DNA of 64,000 bases, taken from the NCBI RefSeq assembly GCF_009914755.1, contig NC_060926.1, one strand, 5' to 3'. Source of the stretch: the human T2T-CHM13v2.0 reference genome, Homo sapiens. The notes beneath the pieces are model-generated. The model saw only the letters and a program-made list of their open reading frames with translations. It ran no database searches and was not told where the DNA came from. Below are positions 1 through 14,204 of this stretch, piece after piece; the stretch's first letter is position 1, and the number at the start of each line of letters is the position of its first letter. Made by a program: the position numbers and the translations under genes.

Positions 1-1800
1 TCTATCATTGATGAGCATTTGGGTTGGGTCCAAGTCTTTGCTATTCTAAATAATGCTGCAATAAACATATGTGGACATGTGTCTTTATAGTAGAATGATT
101 TATAAACCTTTGGGTATATACCCAGTAATGGGATTGCTGGATCAAATGATATTTCTAGTTCTAGATCCTTGAGAAATTGCCACACTGTCTTCCACAATGG
201 TTGCACTAATTTACACTCCCACCAACAGTGTAAAAGTGTTCCTATTTCTCCACATCCTCTCCAGCATCTGCTGTTTCCTGACTTTTTAATTATCACCATT
301 CTAAATGGCATGAGATGGTATCTCATTGTGGTTTTCATTTGCATTTCTCTAATGACCAGTGAAGACGAGCTTTTTTTCATAGGTTTGTTTGCTACATAAA
401 TGTCATCTTTTGAGAAATGTCTGTTCATATCTTTCACCCACTTTTTGACGGGGTTGTTGGCTTTTTTCTTGTAAACTTGTTTAATTTCTTTGTAGATTCT
501 GGATATTAGCTCTTTGTCAGATGGATAGATTGCAAAAATTTTCTCCCATTCTTTGGGTTGCCTGTTCACTCTGCTGATAGTTTCTTTTGCTGTGCAGAAA
601 CTCTTTAGTTTAATTAGATCCCATTTGTCAATTTTGGCTTTTTTTGCCATTGCTCGTGGTGTTTTAGTCATGAAGCCTTGCCCATGCCTATGTCCTGAAT
701 GGTATTGCCTAGGTTTTCTTCTAGGGTTTTTATGATTTTAGGTCTTACATTTAAGTCTTTAATCCATCTTGAGTTACTTTTTGGATAAGGTGTAAGGAAG
801 AGGTCCAGTTTCAGTTTTGTGCATATGGCTAGCCAATTTTCCCAGCATCATTTATTAAATAGGGAATCCTTTCCCCATTGCTTGTTTTTGTCAGGTGGTC
901 AAAGATCAGATTGCTGTAGATGTGTGGTGTTATTTCTGAGGCCTCTGTTCTGTTCCATTGGTCTATATATCTGTTTTGGTACCAGCACCATGTTGTTTTG
1001 GTTACTGAGCCTTGTAGTATAGTTTGAAGTCAGGTAGCGTGATGCCTCCAGCTTTTTACGTTGTGCTTAGGATTGTCTTGGCTATGTGGGCTCTTTTTGT
1101 GGTGGGCTCTTTTTTTGGTTCATATGAAATTCAAAGTAGTTTTTTCCTAATTATGTGAAGAAAGTCAATGGTAGCTTGATAGGGATAGCATTGAATCTAT
1201 AAATTACTTTGGGCAGTATGGCCATTTTCATGATATTGATTCTTCCTATCCATGAGCATGGAATGTTTTTCCATTTCTTTTTGTCCTCTCTTATTTCATT
1301 GAGCAGTGGTTTGTAGTTCTCCTTGAAGAGGTCCTTCACATCCCTTCTAAGTTGTATTCCTAGGTATTTTATTCTCTTTATAGCAATTGTGAATAGGAGT
1401 TCACTCATGATTTGGCTCTCTGTCTATTACTGGTGTATCAGAATGCTTGTGATTTTTGCACATTGATTTGTATCCTGAGACTTTGCTGATGTTGCTTATC
1501 AGCTTAAGGAGATTTTGGGCTGAGATGATGGGGTTTTCTAAATATACAGTCATGTCATCTGCAAACAGAGACAGTTTGACTTCCTCTCTTCCTATTTGAA
1601 TACCCTTTATTTCTTTCTCTTGCCTGATTGCCCTGGCCAGAACTTCCAATACTGTGTTGAATAGGAGTGGTGAGAGAGGGCATCCTTGTCTTTTGCTGGT
1701 TTTCAAAGGGAATGCTTCCAGTTTTTGCCCATTCAGTATGATATTGGCTGTGGGTTTGTTATAAATAGCTCTTATTATTTTGAGGTTCGTTCCATAAATA
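1..1800 (-). mobile_element. L1PA (approx. L1PA7/8) fragment, ORF2 3' half; 5'-truncated, 3' end runs off the window
   Basis: ORFs 1151..1408 ([23 protein letters not shown]) and 1401..1706 ([12 protein letters not shown]...LFADDM) are L1 ORF2 RT-domain peptides with frameshifts. Confidence 0.93.
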
Positions 1801-2760
1801 CTTTTATTTCTTTTTATTTTTTCCTATTTTTACTTAGGTTTAGTGGGTACATGTGCAGGTTTGTTTCATGGGTAAACTGTGTGACACTGAGATTTGGTGT
1901 AGGAATGATCCCATCACTCAGATAGTGAGAATAGTTTTTCTACCCTCGCCCCCATCTTATCCTCCCCTCATCTAGTAATCCTGAGTGTCTATGGTTCCTA
2001 TCTTTACATGCATATATACTCAATGTTTAGCTTCCACTTACAAATGAGATCATACAATATTTACAATATTTGGTTTTCTGTTTCTGTTTTAGTTTGCTTA
2101 TGGTAATGGCCTCCAGTTGCATTCATGTTGCTGTAAAGAACATGATTTCATTCTTTTTATGGCAGTTTAGTATTCCATGGTGTATATGTACTACATTTTC
2201 TTTATCTTCTCCACTATTGTGAATAGTACTATTATGAATATATGGGTTTATGTGTCTTTTTGATAGAAAAATTTATTTTCCATTGGATATATACCCAGGA
2301 GTGTAATTGCTGGATCAAATGGTAGTTCTCTTTTAAGTTCTTTGAGGAATCTTCAAACTGCTTTCTACAGTGGCTGTACTAATTTACATTCCCACCAACA
2401 GCCTATTCCCTGCAAGCTTGCCAACATCTGTTACTTTTTGTCTTTTTAAAAATAACCATTCTGACTGGTGTGAGATGGTGTCTCATTGTAGTTTTGATTT
2501 GCATCTTTCTGATGATTAGTGATTAGCAATTTTTCATTTATTTGTTGGCCAGTTGTATGATCTTCTTTGAGAGGTGTGTGTTCATGTTCTTTGCCCACTT
2601 TTTAATGGGGTCATTTGTTCTCTTGTTGATTTGTTTAAGTTACTTATAGATTCTGGATATTAAACCTTTGTCAGATGCATAGTTTGTAAATGTTTTCTCT
2701 CATTCCGTTGATTGTCTTTTTACTCTGTTGATAGTTTCTTTTGCCTTGCAGAAGCTCTTT

Positions 2761-2887
2761 ACATTTATTTCTAGTGTTCCATTATTGGAATGCCAAGCTT
2801 GTGGGAGTGATTTATATCCTACCGCCCAAGGTCATCACCAAGGTCTGATTTTTCACACAGAAATTTGCAACCTCTGGTATAAATGGG
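2761..2887 (+). mobile_element. MER85 piggyBac (PGBD3-derived) MITE
   Basis: Matches the recalled MER85 consensus: CATTTAT..CTAGTGTTCCATTATTGGAA..GTGGGAGT..TTTATATCCTAC..CAAGGTCATC..CCAAGGTCTGATT..TTGCAACCTC..ATAAATGGG. It is followed by TTAA (2888-2891) and sits at the L1 'gtttaattag' site. Confidence 0.9.
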
Positions 2888-3813
2888 TTAATTTAGTCCC
2901 ATTTGTCAATTTCTGGCTTTGTCAAAATTGCTTTTGGGGACTTAGTCATAAATTCTTTGCCAAGGCTGATATTCAGAATGATATTTCCTATGTTTTTCAG
3001 GATTTTCATAGTTTGGGGTCTTACATTTAAGTCTTTAACCCATCTTGAATTCATTTTTGTATATCGTGAAAGGTAGCATCCAGTTATATCCTTCTGTATA
3101 TGGCTAGCCAGTTATCCCAGCACCATTTATTGATTAGGGAGTCCTTTCCTTATTGCTTATTTTGGTTGACTTTGTTGGAGTTCAGATGATTGTAGGTGTC
3201 TGGCTTTATTTCTAGATTCATATCCCATTCCATTAGTCTACATGTCTGTTTTTGTACCAGTCCTATGCTGTTTTGGTTGCTATAATCTGCTAGTATATTT
3301 TGAAGTCAGGTAGTGTGATGCCTCCAGCTTTGTTCTTTCTGCTTAGAATTTCTTGTGCTGTTTGAGTGCTTTTTGGTTCCATATAAATTTTAGAATAGTT
3401 TTTTCTAATTCTATAAAAATGACTTTGGTAATTTGACAGAAATAGTATTGAATCTGTAGATTTCTTTGGGCAGTATAGACATTTTAATGATATTGATTCT
3501 TCCAATCTATGAACATGGAATGTTTTTCCATTTGTTTGTGTCATCTGTGATTTCTTTCAGCAGTGTTTTGTAGCTCTTCTTGTAGAGTTCTTTCATCTCC
3601 TTGTTTACATGTATTCCAAGGTACTTTATTTATTTATTTATTTATTTGGGTGGCTATTGTAAATGGGACAGCACTCTAGATTTGGCTGTCAGCCTTAATG
3701 TTATTTATGTGTAGAAATGCTACTGATTTTTATACATTGATTTTGTATCCAGAAGCTTTGCTCAAGTCATTTATCGGGTCTAGGAGCCTTTGGTGGAATC
3801 TTTAGGGTTTTCT

Positions 3814-4603
3814 TTTTTTGTTTTTTCTTTCCAACTTTTATTTTAGGTTCAGGGAGGTCTTGTGAAGGTTTGTTAACTGGGTAAACTGCATGTTGCAGGG
3901 GTTTGGTGCAGAGATTGTTTTGTCACCCAGATAGCGAGCATAGTACCCAATATAAGTAGTTTTTCAACCCTCACCCTCCTTCAACCCTCCACCCTCAAGT
4001 AGGCCCCAGTGTCTATTGTTCCCTTCTTTGTGTCCACGTGTACTCAATGTTTATCTCCTACTTGCAAGTAAGAACATGAGATATTTGGTTTTCTGTTCCT
4101 GCATTAATGTGCTTAGGATAACGGCCTCCAAACTCCAGCCATTTTACTGCAAAGGACATGATTTCATTATGGCTGTGTAGTATTCTATGATGTATATGTA
4201 CTGCATTTTCTTTATTCAGTCCATTACTGATGGGCATCCAGGTTTATTTCATGTCTTTGCTATTGTGGAGGAGGAAGGACTCCTCCCTAACTCATTCTAT
4301 GAGGCCAGTATCATTCTGATACCAAAGCTGGCAGGAACACAACAACAACAAAAAAACTTCAGGCCAGTATTCCCTGTGGACATAGATGAGAAAAAACCTC
4401 AACAAAGTGCTAGCAAAATCCAGCAGCACATCAAAAGGTAATCTACTACAATCAGGTAGAGTTTATTACTGGAATACAAGATTGGTTCAATACATGCAAA
4501 TCAATAATTATGGCTCATCACATAAACAGAACTAAAAACAGAAGCCACATGATCATATCAATAGATGGAGAAAAGGCGCTCAATAAAATTTAACATTATC
4601 TCA
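3814..4603 (-). mobile_element. 5'-inverted (twin-primed) L1PA insertion with 17-bp TSD
   Basis: AATCTTTAGGGTTTTCT occurs at 3797-3813 and 4604-4620. 3814-4265 is antisense poly(A) plus 3' end; 4266-4600 is a plus-strand ORF2 piece ([15 protein letters not shown]). Confidence 0.9.
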
Positions 4604-5087
4604 AATCTTTAGGGTTTTCTAGGTATAGAATCGTATCAGTGAAGATAAATAGTTTTACTTGTTCTTTTCCTATCTGGATGCCTTTTATTTCTTTCTCTTG
4701 CCTGATTGCTCTGGCTAGAAATTCCAATACTATGTTGAATAGGAGTGGTGAGAGTGGGCTGCCTTATCTTGTTCCAGTTATCAAGGGGAATGCTTCCATA
4801 TTTTGCCCATTAAGTATGATGTTGGCTGTGGTTTGTTGTAGATAGCTCTTATCATTTTCAGGTATATTTCATTAATGCCTAATTTGTTGAGAGGTTTTTA
4901 TCATTAAGAAATGTTGGATTTTATCAAAAACTTTTTCTGCATCTGTCAAGATGATTATCTGGTTTTTGTTTTTAATTCTGTTTATGTGGTGAGTCACATT
5001 TCTTGATTAGAGCATGTTAAATCAGGCCCGCATCCTAGGAATGAAATCTACTTGATTGTGGTAAGTTAACTTCTTGATGTGCTGCTA

Positions 5088-5553
<466 letters not shown>

Positions 5554-5554
5554 G

Positions 5555-5672
5555 ACATGGCACATGTATACATATGTGACAAACCTGCACATTGTGCACA
5601 TGAATCCTAAAACTTAAAGTATAATAATAATAAAAAATAAATAAATAAATAAAAAAGAAAAGAAGAAAGAAA
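5555..5672 (+). mobile_element. Very short 5'-truncated L1PA 3' end inserted in the Alu A-tail
   Basis: catggcacatgtatacatatgtgacaaacctgcacattgtgcacatgaatcctaaaacttaaagtataataa plus A tail; AAAGAAAAAGACA-like duplication on both sides. Confidence 0.9.
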
Positions 5673-6078
5673 AAAGACAAGGAAACTAAAAATAACAGGG
5701 ACAAAGATAGGACTTGGACAATTCATATAAGCCAATGTTGATCTTAAAAATACCTTTGAAAAGTACACTGCTGCCATGGTTCATAAGAATAAAGTTCTGT
5801 GAGAGCAGCTTTCTTCATCTACACCTGAGGTAAAGAGCATGCTAAGTGAAGACACTGCACAAAAAGGCTTTTGAAGTGAGTAGATGTGCTTGTTGAGAAA
5901 ATTCTACTCCAGGTACGTTTTTGAAAATTATTTATAACTACTTGCCATGGAAACTGGACCTGTAATCTTGCAGATTACACTTCTACAAAAAACCCACAAA
6001 AATCTGTATCTGAATCACATTGGACATGAACATTGTCTGAAAGAAAAACGTTAACCCTTTAAACTGGACATAAATTGA

Positions 6079-8413
6079 TTATATGGCTTGGCTCTGTGTC
6101 CCCATCCAAATCTCATCTCAAATTGTAGTCCCCACGTGTCGAGTGAGGGACCTTGTAGGAGGTAATTAGATCCTGGGGGCGGATTTTTCCCTTACTATTC
6201 TCATGATAGTGAGTCCTCATGAGATCTGGTTGTTTGATCAGTGTCTGGTGCTTCTGCCTTCTCTCCCCTGCCACCTTTTGAAGAAGGTGCTTGCTTCTTC
6301 TTCACCTTCCATCTTGACTCTAAGTTTACCAAGACCTCCCCAGCCATGCAGAACTGTGAGTCAGTTAATCCTCCTTTCTTTATAAGTTACCCAGTCTCAG
6401 GTAGTATCTTTAGAGCAGTGTGAGAATGGCCTAATACAGGAAATTGGTACCAAGGTAGTGAGGTATTGCTATAACATACCTGAGAATGTGGAAGTTACTT
6501 TGGAACAGGGTAACCAGCAGAGGTTGAAACAGTTTGGAGGGCTCAAAAAACAGGAAGATGTGGTAAAGTTTGAAACTTCCTAGAGACTTGTTGAATGGTT
6601 TTGATCGAAGTGCTGATAGTGATATGGACAATGAAGTCCAAGCTGAGGTGGTCTTGGAGATGAAAAACTTACTGGGAAGTGTAGTAAGGGTCACTCATGC
6701 TTTGCTTTAGCAAAGACAGTGGCAGCATTTTGCCCCTGCCATAGAGATCTGTGAAACTTTGAACTTGAGAGAGATGATTTAGGGTATCTGGTGAAAGAAG
6801 TTTCTAAGCAGCAAAGCATTCAAGAAGTGACCTGGCCTATTCTGAAAGGATTCTGTTTTATGCATTCACAAAGAGATGATTTGAAATTGGAACTTATGTT
6901 TAAAAGGCTAGCAGAGCATAAAGGTTTGGAAAATTTGCAGCCTGACCATTTGGTCTAAAAGAACATCCCATTTTCTGAAGAGAAATTCAAGCTGGCAGCA
7001 GAAATTTACATAAATAATGGGGAGCTGAATGTTAATAACCAAGACAATGGGGAAATGTCTCCAGTGGATGTCAGAGATCTCATGGCAGCCCCACAGATCC
7101 CAGGCCTGGAGGCCTAGTGGAAAAAATGGCTTTGTGGGCCAGGCCCAGGGCCCTGCTGCTCTGTGCAGCTTCAGAATGTGGTGCCCTAAGTCCCAGCTGC
7201 TCCAGCTCCAGCTGTGGCTAAAAGGGACCAAGGTACAGCTTGGGCCATTGCTTCAGAGGGAACAAGCCCCAAGCCTTGGCGACTTTCCATGTGGTGTTGG
7301 GCCTGCAGGTATGAAGAAGACAAGAGTTGAGCTTTGGGAGACTCTGCCTAGGTTTCAGAAGATGTATGGAAACTCCTGAATGTCTAGGTAGAAGTCTGCT
7401 GCAGGTGTGGAACCCTCATGGAGAACCTCTGCTAGTGCAGTGCAGCAGAGAAATGTGGGATTGGAGACACCATACAGAATTCTCACTGGAGCACTGCCTA
7501 GGGGAGCTGTGAGAAGAGGGCCACCATCCTTCAGACTCCAGAATGGTCACTGACAGCTTGCACTGTGAGCCTGGAAAAGCCACAGGCACTCAATGCCAGT
7601 CCATGAAAGCAGCCATGGGGACTGTACCCTACAGAGCCACAAAGGTAGAGCTGCTCAAGAGTGTGGGAGCCCACCCCTTGAGTCAATGTACCCTGGATGT
7701 TAGACATGGAGTCAAAGTACATGATTTTGGAGCTTTAAGATTTAATGAGTGTCCTGCTGGGTTTTAGATTTGCATGGGGACTGTGGCCCCTTTGTTTTGG
7801 CCAATTTCTTCCATTAGGAATGGGAACATTTAACCAATGCCTGTACCCCATTGTATCTTGGAAAACTACCTTATTTTTGATTTTACATGTTCATAAGCAG
7901 AGGGGGCTTGCCTTGCCTCAGATGAAACTGGACTTGGACTTTTGAGTTAATGCTAGAATGAGTGAAGATTTTGGTAACTGTTGGGACAATATGATTGGTT
8001 TAGAAATGTGAAATGACATGAAATTTGGGAGTGGGCCAGAGGTGGAATGCTATGATTTGGCTCTGTGTCTCCACCCAAATCTCATCTCAAATTGTAATCC
8101 CCATGTATTGAGGGATGGACCTAATGGGAGGTAATTGGATCATGGAAGTGGATTTCTTCCTTGCTGTTCTAATGATAGTCAGTGGGTTTTCATGAGATCT
8201 GGTTATTTGAAAAGTTTCTGGTGCTTCCCCATCTCTGTTTCTCTCCTGCCACCTTGTGAAGGTGCTTACTTCTTCTTCGCCTTCCACCATGACTCTAAGT
8301 TTCCCAAGGCCTCCCCAGCCATACAGAACTGTGAGTCAATTAAACCTCTTTTCTTTATAAATTAACCCGTCTCAGGTATGATCTTTATAGCAGTATGAGA
8401 ATGGACTAATAAA
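6079..8413 (+). mobile_element. Complete THE1 (THE1D/C-like) MaLR element: LTR 6079-6438, internal 6439-8047, LTR 8048-8413
   Basis: Two ~360-bp direct LTRs (ggctctgtgtc..caaatctcatctcaaattgta...ctaatac/aa), internal region starting gaaattggtacc, 5-bp TSD attga/actga. Confidence 0.93.
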
Positions 8414-8561
8414 ACTGATCACCCTATACTTAATGGCAAATATAAAACTTTTCATACATATGAGACCCAAAAGATGAAGACCACTTTATCTCTCCTTACC
8501 TAATCTTCTTTTGACCTTCAATAGTTCATTTGGCAATTTAAAACATGCTAAATATTCAGTT

Positions 8562-8786
8562 ATACTATATATATAGTATTGTGTATACATACATATATAC
8601 ACATACACATAGTATATATAGTGCGTGTGTATATATATATACACACACACAGTATATATACATATATACACATATAGTATGTATATATGTATACATATAC
8701 ATGTGTATACATGTAGAATATATACACACATATATACACATATAGTATATATGTGTGTGTGTGTATGTGTGTGTGTATATATATAT
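8562..8786. repeat. Compound (TA)n/(CA)n/(TG)n microsatellite
   Basis: About 225 bp of alternating purine-pyrimidine sequence. Confidence 0.95.
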
Positions 8787-8899
8787 TTCTATCTCCCTGG
8801 AGAGTATTCACTCATCTGTCTATTCATTTCTAACTTTAAAAATGTGTACATATTGCCTAATATTAATCATTCTCATGCTGTTTTTGTGTCTCTGGGTTT

Positions 8900-10100
8900 A
8901 TTATGATAAGTTTGGCAGATAGACCCTTCCTCCTGAAGTATATATAGGAAATTACATTAATGAAGCAATTATACAGGAAATACCTATTGGCAAAATATAG
9001 TTAAATGGAGGAGACATATAGGAAACCTTAGAGCTTATAACAGGGCAAACTAACCTGGGCTTAACTGAAAAACTGATATTGGAACTGACATCTGGAAAAT
9101 TATTATAACTCAAGTAGGAAAAGAGTTGAGCTAGGAAAGAGTATTCCAGAGGACGCACTATATTCTTTAAGAGTCTGAGGTAGACAGAAGCATAGCTAAT
9201 TAGTGGAATTGAAAGAGGGACCCTTGGCTGGAGCAAAGTGAATAAGAAAATAATAATCTGAGATGACACTGAAGAAGCCGATAGGGAAAAAATCATTCAT
9301 CTATAATGTCCTCTTAGCTCATGTCACATGTTTTTTCTTTTTCTTTATTCTAAAAGCAAACCATTTTAATCTAGAGAGTAATATGATCAGTTTTTCATTT
9401 TAAGAAAACTTTATCCTGTAGAGAATGGATTAGAGGGGGGCAAGAGAGTATGGAGAGCTAAGGTAAAAAGGGGATTCCTAGTCCATGCTGGACATGATAA
9501 TATATGGGAGTCGTAACAGTGGAGTCAGAGACAAGTTGATGGGTTACAGGAATATTTAGGAAATAAAGTTTATATGATTTGTGGATAATTGGAATGGAAG
9601 ATGAAGGAGAACGATGTATCAAAAGATGATTCCCTAGCAATCGGCCTGCAGAGATGGTGGACTAATTTAGAAGAAATGAGGATGAGTGCAATTTTAGATA
9701 TGTGGAATTTGAGGTTTTTTTCAAGGAAAGTGTTGGTGGAAGTTTGATAGATAGGTTGTTACTTAAGCAACAGTTCCAGACTGGGAATAAATATGTGTAG
9801 ATTAGAATAAGCAAAAAGAAAGGGTAGAATGGGAAGAGGAGACTAAAATAAAATCTTGAAAAATTCACACATTTAAAAGTTGAGTTGAAGAAGATGGGCT
9901 GGTGAAAGAAATTGAAGAGTAGATTAAAAGAGGACAATTTTCCATTAGATTTAGCAACATGGAATTCATTGTTAGAGTGATTTGTTTTGATGGCATAGTG
10001 GCAGGGGATGCATGGAAATGAGTTGAAAGTGTAAATAATATATGGAAAAAGAGAAACAATGATGATAAATAACTCTTTGAGAAAGTCAGGAATGTACCTA
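8900..10100 (-). mobile_element. Degenerate L2 LINE
   Basis: GA-rich antisense L2-like motifs (gagtattccagagg, gtagagaatggattagagggggcaagag, ttccattagatttagcaacatgga). Confidence 0.7.
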
Positions 10101-10214
10101 TTGGAGAGATGGAAGTATTTACAAATTATAGATGTTCAATAAATACTTGTCCAATGATCAAACGAGCAACTACATTTATTACATGATTTCTTTTAAATGA
10201 TTAATATTGAAAGT

Positions 10215-10405
10215 AACTAGTGTTGAATTCTTGCTATTTATTAGGTCTTTCATTTAATCCTTCTCAATCATCTTGTGAGATGGATGATATTGTTCTAATT
10301 TTTCATATATGCAAACTGAGATTCAGAAAGGTTATACAGTGGCTCATGTTCACACAGCTAAAACATAGCAGATCAGGAACCAAGTCCCTCTTCACAGTCT
10401 GTTCT
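10215..10405 (-). mobile_element. MIR SINE
   Basis: catttaatccttctcaa...aaactgagattcagaaaggtta...cacacagcta resembles the MIR core. Confidence 0.75.
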
Positions 10406-13176
10406 CTTCCTGGAAAATGTCAACTTATTTGATGACAATAGCCTATTTCCTATATGGGGAGCAAGTCCTAAGAATATACTTTCTGGGCTTAACTTTCTCG
10501 GCCCTTTCACAGACAGGTGAACACAACAGGCAGTAATTGCTAAGAATTAGGATGACACCAAAGGCTTCATAAATCTTGGTTCTTTCTTTGTGGAACATTT
10601 TAATTCAGTAGAAGAATGTCTTCTAACTTTATTGGTATGATGTATCTTCAAAAACCTGCTCATAAAGGTGCTCTTTTCACCTAAAGTAAAGAGGAAAGAC
10701 CCAATCCTAACAGAAGTGTAGAATGCTGAGTTTTGACTACCTATTGCTCTTTCGTTCCAGTGGTATGTGTGGACTCTTAGAGGAGCAAGATTATGAGAAT
10801 TCACTTCTTTATAGAGATTTTCTTTTCTTCTCCTAGTTGCCTGAAGGATGGTAAATGTTGGAAATAAAATACTTTCGTGGTGTTTAACCAGGAAGTTTGT
10901 GTATTTGTATGTTTCTCATTTTGAGATAAAAGTAAAAGCAACCTAATATGAACCCCAATATTAAGACAGAAAATATTTCAACCTCAGCCCAGAATTCATT
11001 TACCATGAAGGGAGAATTCTCATAGGGTTATGTGGGCAAAATGAAAGATTTTCCATTTTCAGTTGCCACTCTTTGTTACACTGCTGTGCACTGCAGTGGC
11101 TGCTTTGGGACTAGAAGCTACAAAGTTTTACACTTTTCAAAAGATAAAACACATCCGACATCATAACACATCAACCACTGTTAAAAATGGTAACTTTAAT
11201 TAATTGTCATCATTCTTTTTTACAATTTCAGTAGGTTTGAGTTGTAACTCATGGTGAGCTCAGTGAGAGGATAGCACATACATAATTCACTTTTACTAAT
11301 GCAGATATCTTTGATTTTCTTCTTCCTTATCATTAGGCTCTTAATACACTGTGCATGTATCTTTCGAAGTAGCTGCTATTCTATTGTCAAGAGAATTCTT
11401 TCTGTTCTCAGAGATCCACTAGAATAGTGTTCATTCTTTTTTTTAAATTATGTATTAGTTCCCATTTGTTATAATGGGCTAATGAATTCTGCACTTAGGG
11501 GTAAAAAAATTCAGAGAAGCCTCTTTTTATATGTTTACATTTAATTTTTTCCTATGCAAACGTCAAATTTCTAGCCCTGTCACTAAAATTTATAAGGATT
11601 TACTGCATGTAAAAAGACAGTGGCATGGTGCCTTAATATTAATTATCTTAAGTGAGTGAAACATATATAAAGAAGTCTCGCAGAGTATTTATTTATAAAT
11701 AATCCTTAAAAATAAATCAAGTTAAAGTTTTTTTCTGGGTAAAAATGGACAGTGGTAAGAATAAGCAAAGAATAATAGTTTTTACAATTTTTTTTTATCT
11801 TTGTGAGTAGAAACATCTGGAAATGAAATAGATTGAAACTACATACTGCTTTTTCTCTCCCTTCCCTTTTCTTCAAAGATAAAGAATGCTTCAAAGAGTG
11901 CTTTTCCTTTTTTATAGCAATAAAGGTTGTTATGTGCCATATATTCTATGTCACATACATCTCGATAAAAGATTAGACAATATGTATTCTATTAAAATAG
12001 GGTTTTCCCTTTAAAATTTTTACCTAGTGTAAGTTAATGTATTATTATAATAAAAATAATATGCCAAATATTTCTTCTTAGGGTCACATTGTCTAAAGCC
12101 TCAGAAATTTGGTCAAGCAGAAAATTTCAGTCTTACTTATAGTACCTGTGGTTTTTGCAGTCAACTTACAGCAAATACTTTTAAGAAAGGAAATAATTAT
12201 ACAAGAGATCCTGACCAATGCTTTGGTCTCTCTCGTCCTGCACCACTGCCATTACATTGTTCCTGGATTTTGAACTTGACTTCCTTGGTAACCTTATCTT
12301 CCTGGGCAGCCAGTCTTCTGCCATTATGGCTATTTTCCTGACCACAGCTGCTAGTGTCACTATGGCTGCTCCACAAACTCGCTTTTCTCTTGTCTTAAGT
12401 GAGTAGATTTTATTTTTTGAAGTCTATCTCAGAATCTTGACATCTATATAGTTAAGTGTTTTCTGTTTTGTTTGTTTTTAGCTCCCAAGGAGTAGGCAGA
12501 TTTTTAAATTTGAATCTTTTCATCTGTCAATAAATTCAGATCAGATACTGGGGTTCATGAACAAAGTGTTACATAAGCCACAAGATCCAGTTTAAATCTC
12601 AAAGAATTTCTGGTTAATTTTGAAATTTAAGAATTCATGTCTGTTGAACCTCCTCAATCCCAGGCAAGTTTTTTTTAAATCTTCCTAAAGTGCTATTTTA
12701 TCCTATCCATAGTTCAAACAGCCTTCATTAGTTCTTTTTAATTTGAAACTCTTAATCCCAGTGTCTTTACCTTCCCTCTGAAAATATCCTTTATAATTTC
12801 TTCTACACATTCTACAGTCTGCCCCACAAAATAATAATATTTTATCTTATGCATATTTCTTTGAATTATTGAGGTTGAAATGTATTTTGGATTTCATTGT
12901 TAACACTGGCTGTAATTATTACTATAGTCAAAGCTCCATGCCAACATAGGGAAGAATGAAATACAGAGAATGCTCTCAAAGGGCAAGTTGCTGTTAAAAT
13001 ATATAAAATAAAAAATTAGTAATTAATCATTTATAATAACTTTTGTGTTCTATTTTTCAAAGAAAGTCTCAGCTAATTTCAAGAAATTTCCATCCTATAT
13101 ATTCTGAGACCATGATTAATATAATTAAAAATCAACAGAAATGCTAAAATTCATTTGATTAGAAGTTTGTGAATGT

Positions 13177-14204
13177 GGGAGGTGGTTCCAAGATGGCCGA
13201 ATAGGAACAGCTCCAGTCTACAGCTCCCAGCATGAGTGACACAGAAGACTGGTGATTTCTGCATTTCCAACTGAGGTACCGGGTTCATCTCACTGGGGCT
13301 TGTCAGACAGTGGGTGCAGGACAGTGAGTGCAGCCCACCAAGTGTGAGCCAAAGCAGGGCGAGGCATTGCCTCACCTGGGAAGCACAAGGGGTCAGGGAA
13401 TTCCCTTTCCTAGCCAAGGGAAGCAGTGACAGATGGCACCTGGAAAATCGGGTCACTCCCACCCTAATACTGTGTTTTTCCAATGGTCTTAGCAAATGGC
13501 ACACCAGGAGATTATATCCCGTGCCTGGCTCAGAGGGTCCCACCCCACGGAGCCTCACTCATTGCTAGCACAGCAGTCTGAGATCAAACTTGAAGGCAGC
13601 AGCTAGGCTGGGGGAGGGGTACCCGCCGTTGCTGAGGCTTGAGTAGGTAAACAAAGTGGCCAGGAAGCTCGAACTGGGTGGAGCCCACCACAGCTCAAGG
13701 AAGCCTGCCTGCCTCTGTAGACTCCACCTCTGGGGGCAGGGCATAGCCGAACAAAAGGCAGCAGAAACCTCTGCAGACATAAATGTCCCTGTCTGACAGC
13801 TTTGAAGAGAGTAGTGGTTCTCCCAGCACGGAGTTTGAGATCTGAGAACTGACAGACTGCCTCCTCAAGTGGGTCCCTGACCCCCAAGTAGCCTAACTGG
13901 GAGGCACCCCCCAGTAGGGGCAGACTGACACCCCACACAGCCAGGTAACCCTCTGAGACAAAGCTTTCAGAGGAAGGATCAGGCAGTAACATTTGCTGTT
14001 CAGCAATATTCACTGTTCTGCAGCCTCTGCTGCTGATACCCAGGCAAACAGGGTCTGGAGTGGACCTCCAGCAAACTCCAACAGAACTGCAGCTGAAGGT
14101 CCTGACTGTTAGAAGGAAAACTAACAAACAGAAAGGACATCCACACCAAAATCCCATCTGAACGTCACCATCGTCAAAGACCAAAGGTAGATAAAACCAC
14201 AAAG
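13177..14204 (+). promoter_or_regulatory. L1 5' UTR: internal sense promoter with YY1 site, plus antisense-promoter region
   Basis: YY1 motif CAAGATGGCCG at ~13189-13199. It retains the ~129-bp segment (~13946-14075) absent from L1PA2/L1HS. Confidence 0.8.

Noticed and set aside
8486-8906. Tyr/Ile/His-rich ORFs
   Set aside because: Microsatellite translation artefacts.
12218-12406. 62-aa hydrophobic ORF in unique sequence
   Set aside because: No recognisable homology or convincing splice context; this length is expected by chance.
13410-13630. L1 ORF0 (antisense)
   Set aside because: The homologous frame is present (TAGTPPPA*...GVGPSEPG...IRVGVTRFSR), but the start is ACG and a stop follows PPPA. 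The 71-aa ORF at 13565..13780 is a different frame, not ORF0.
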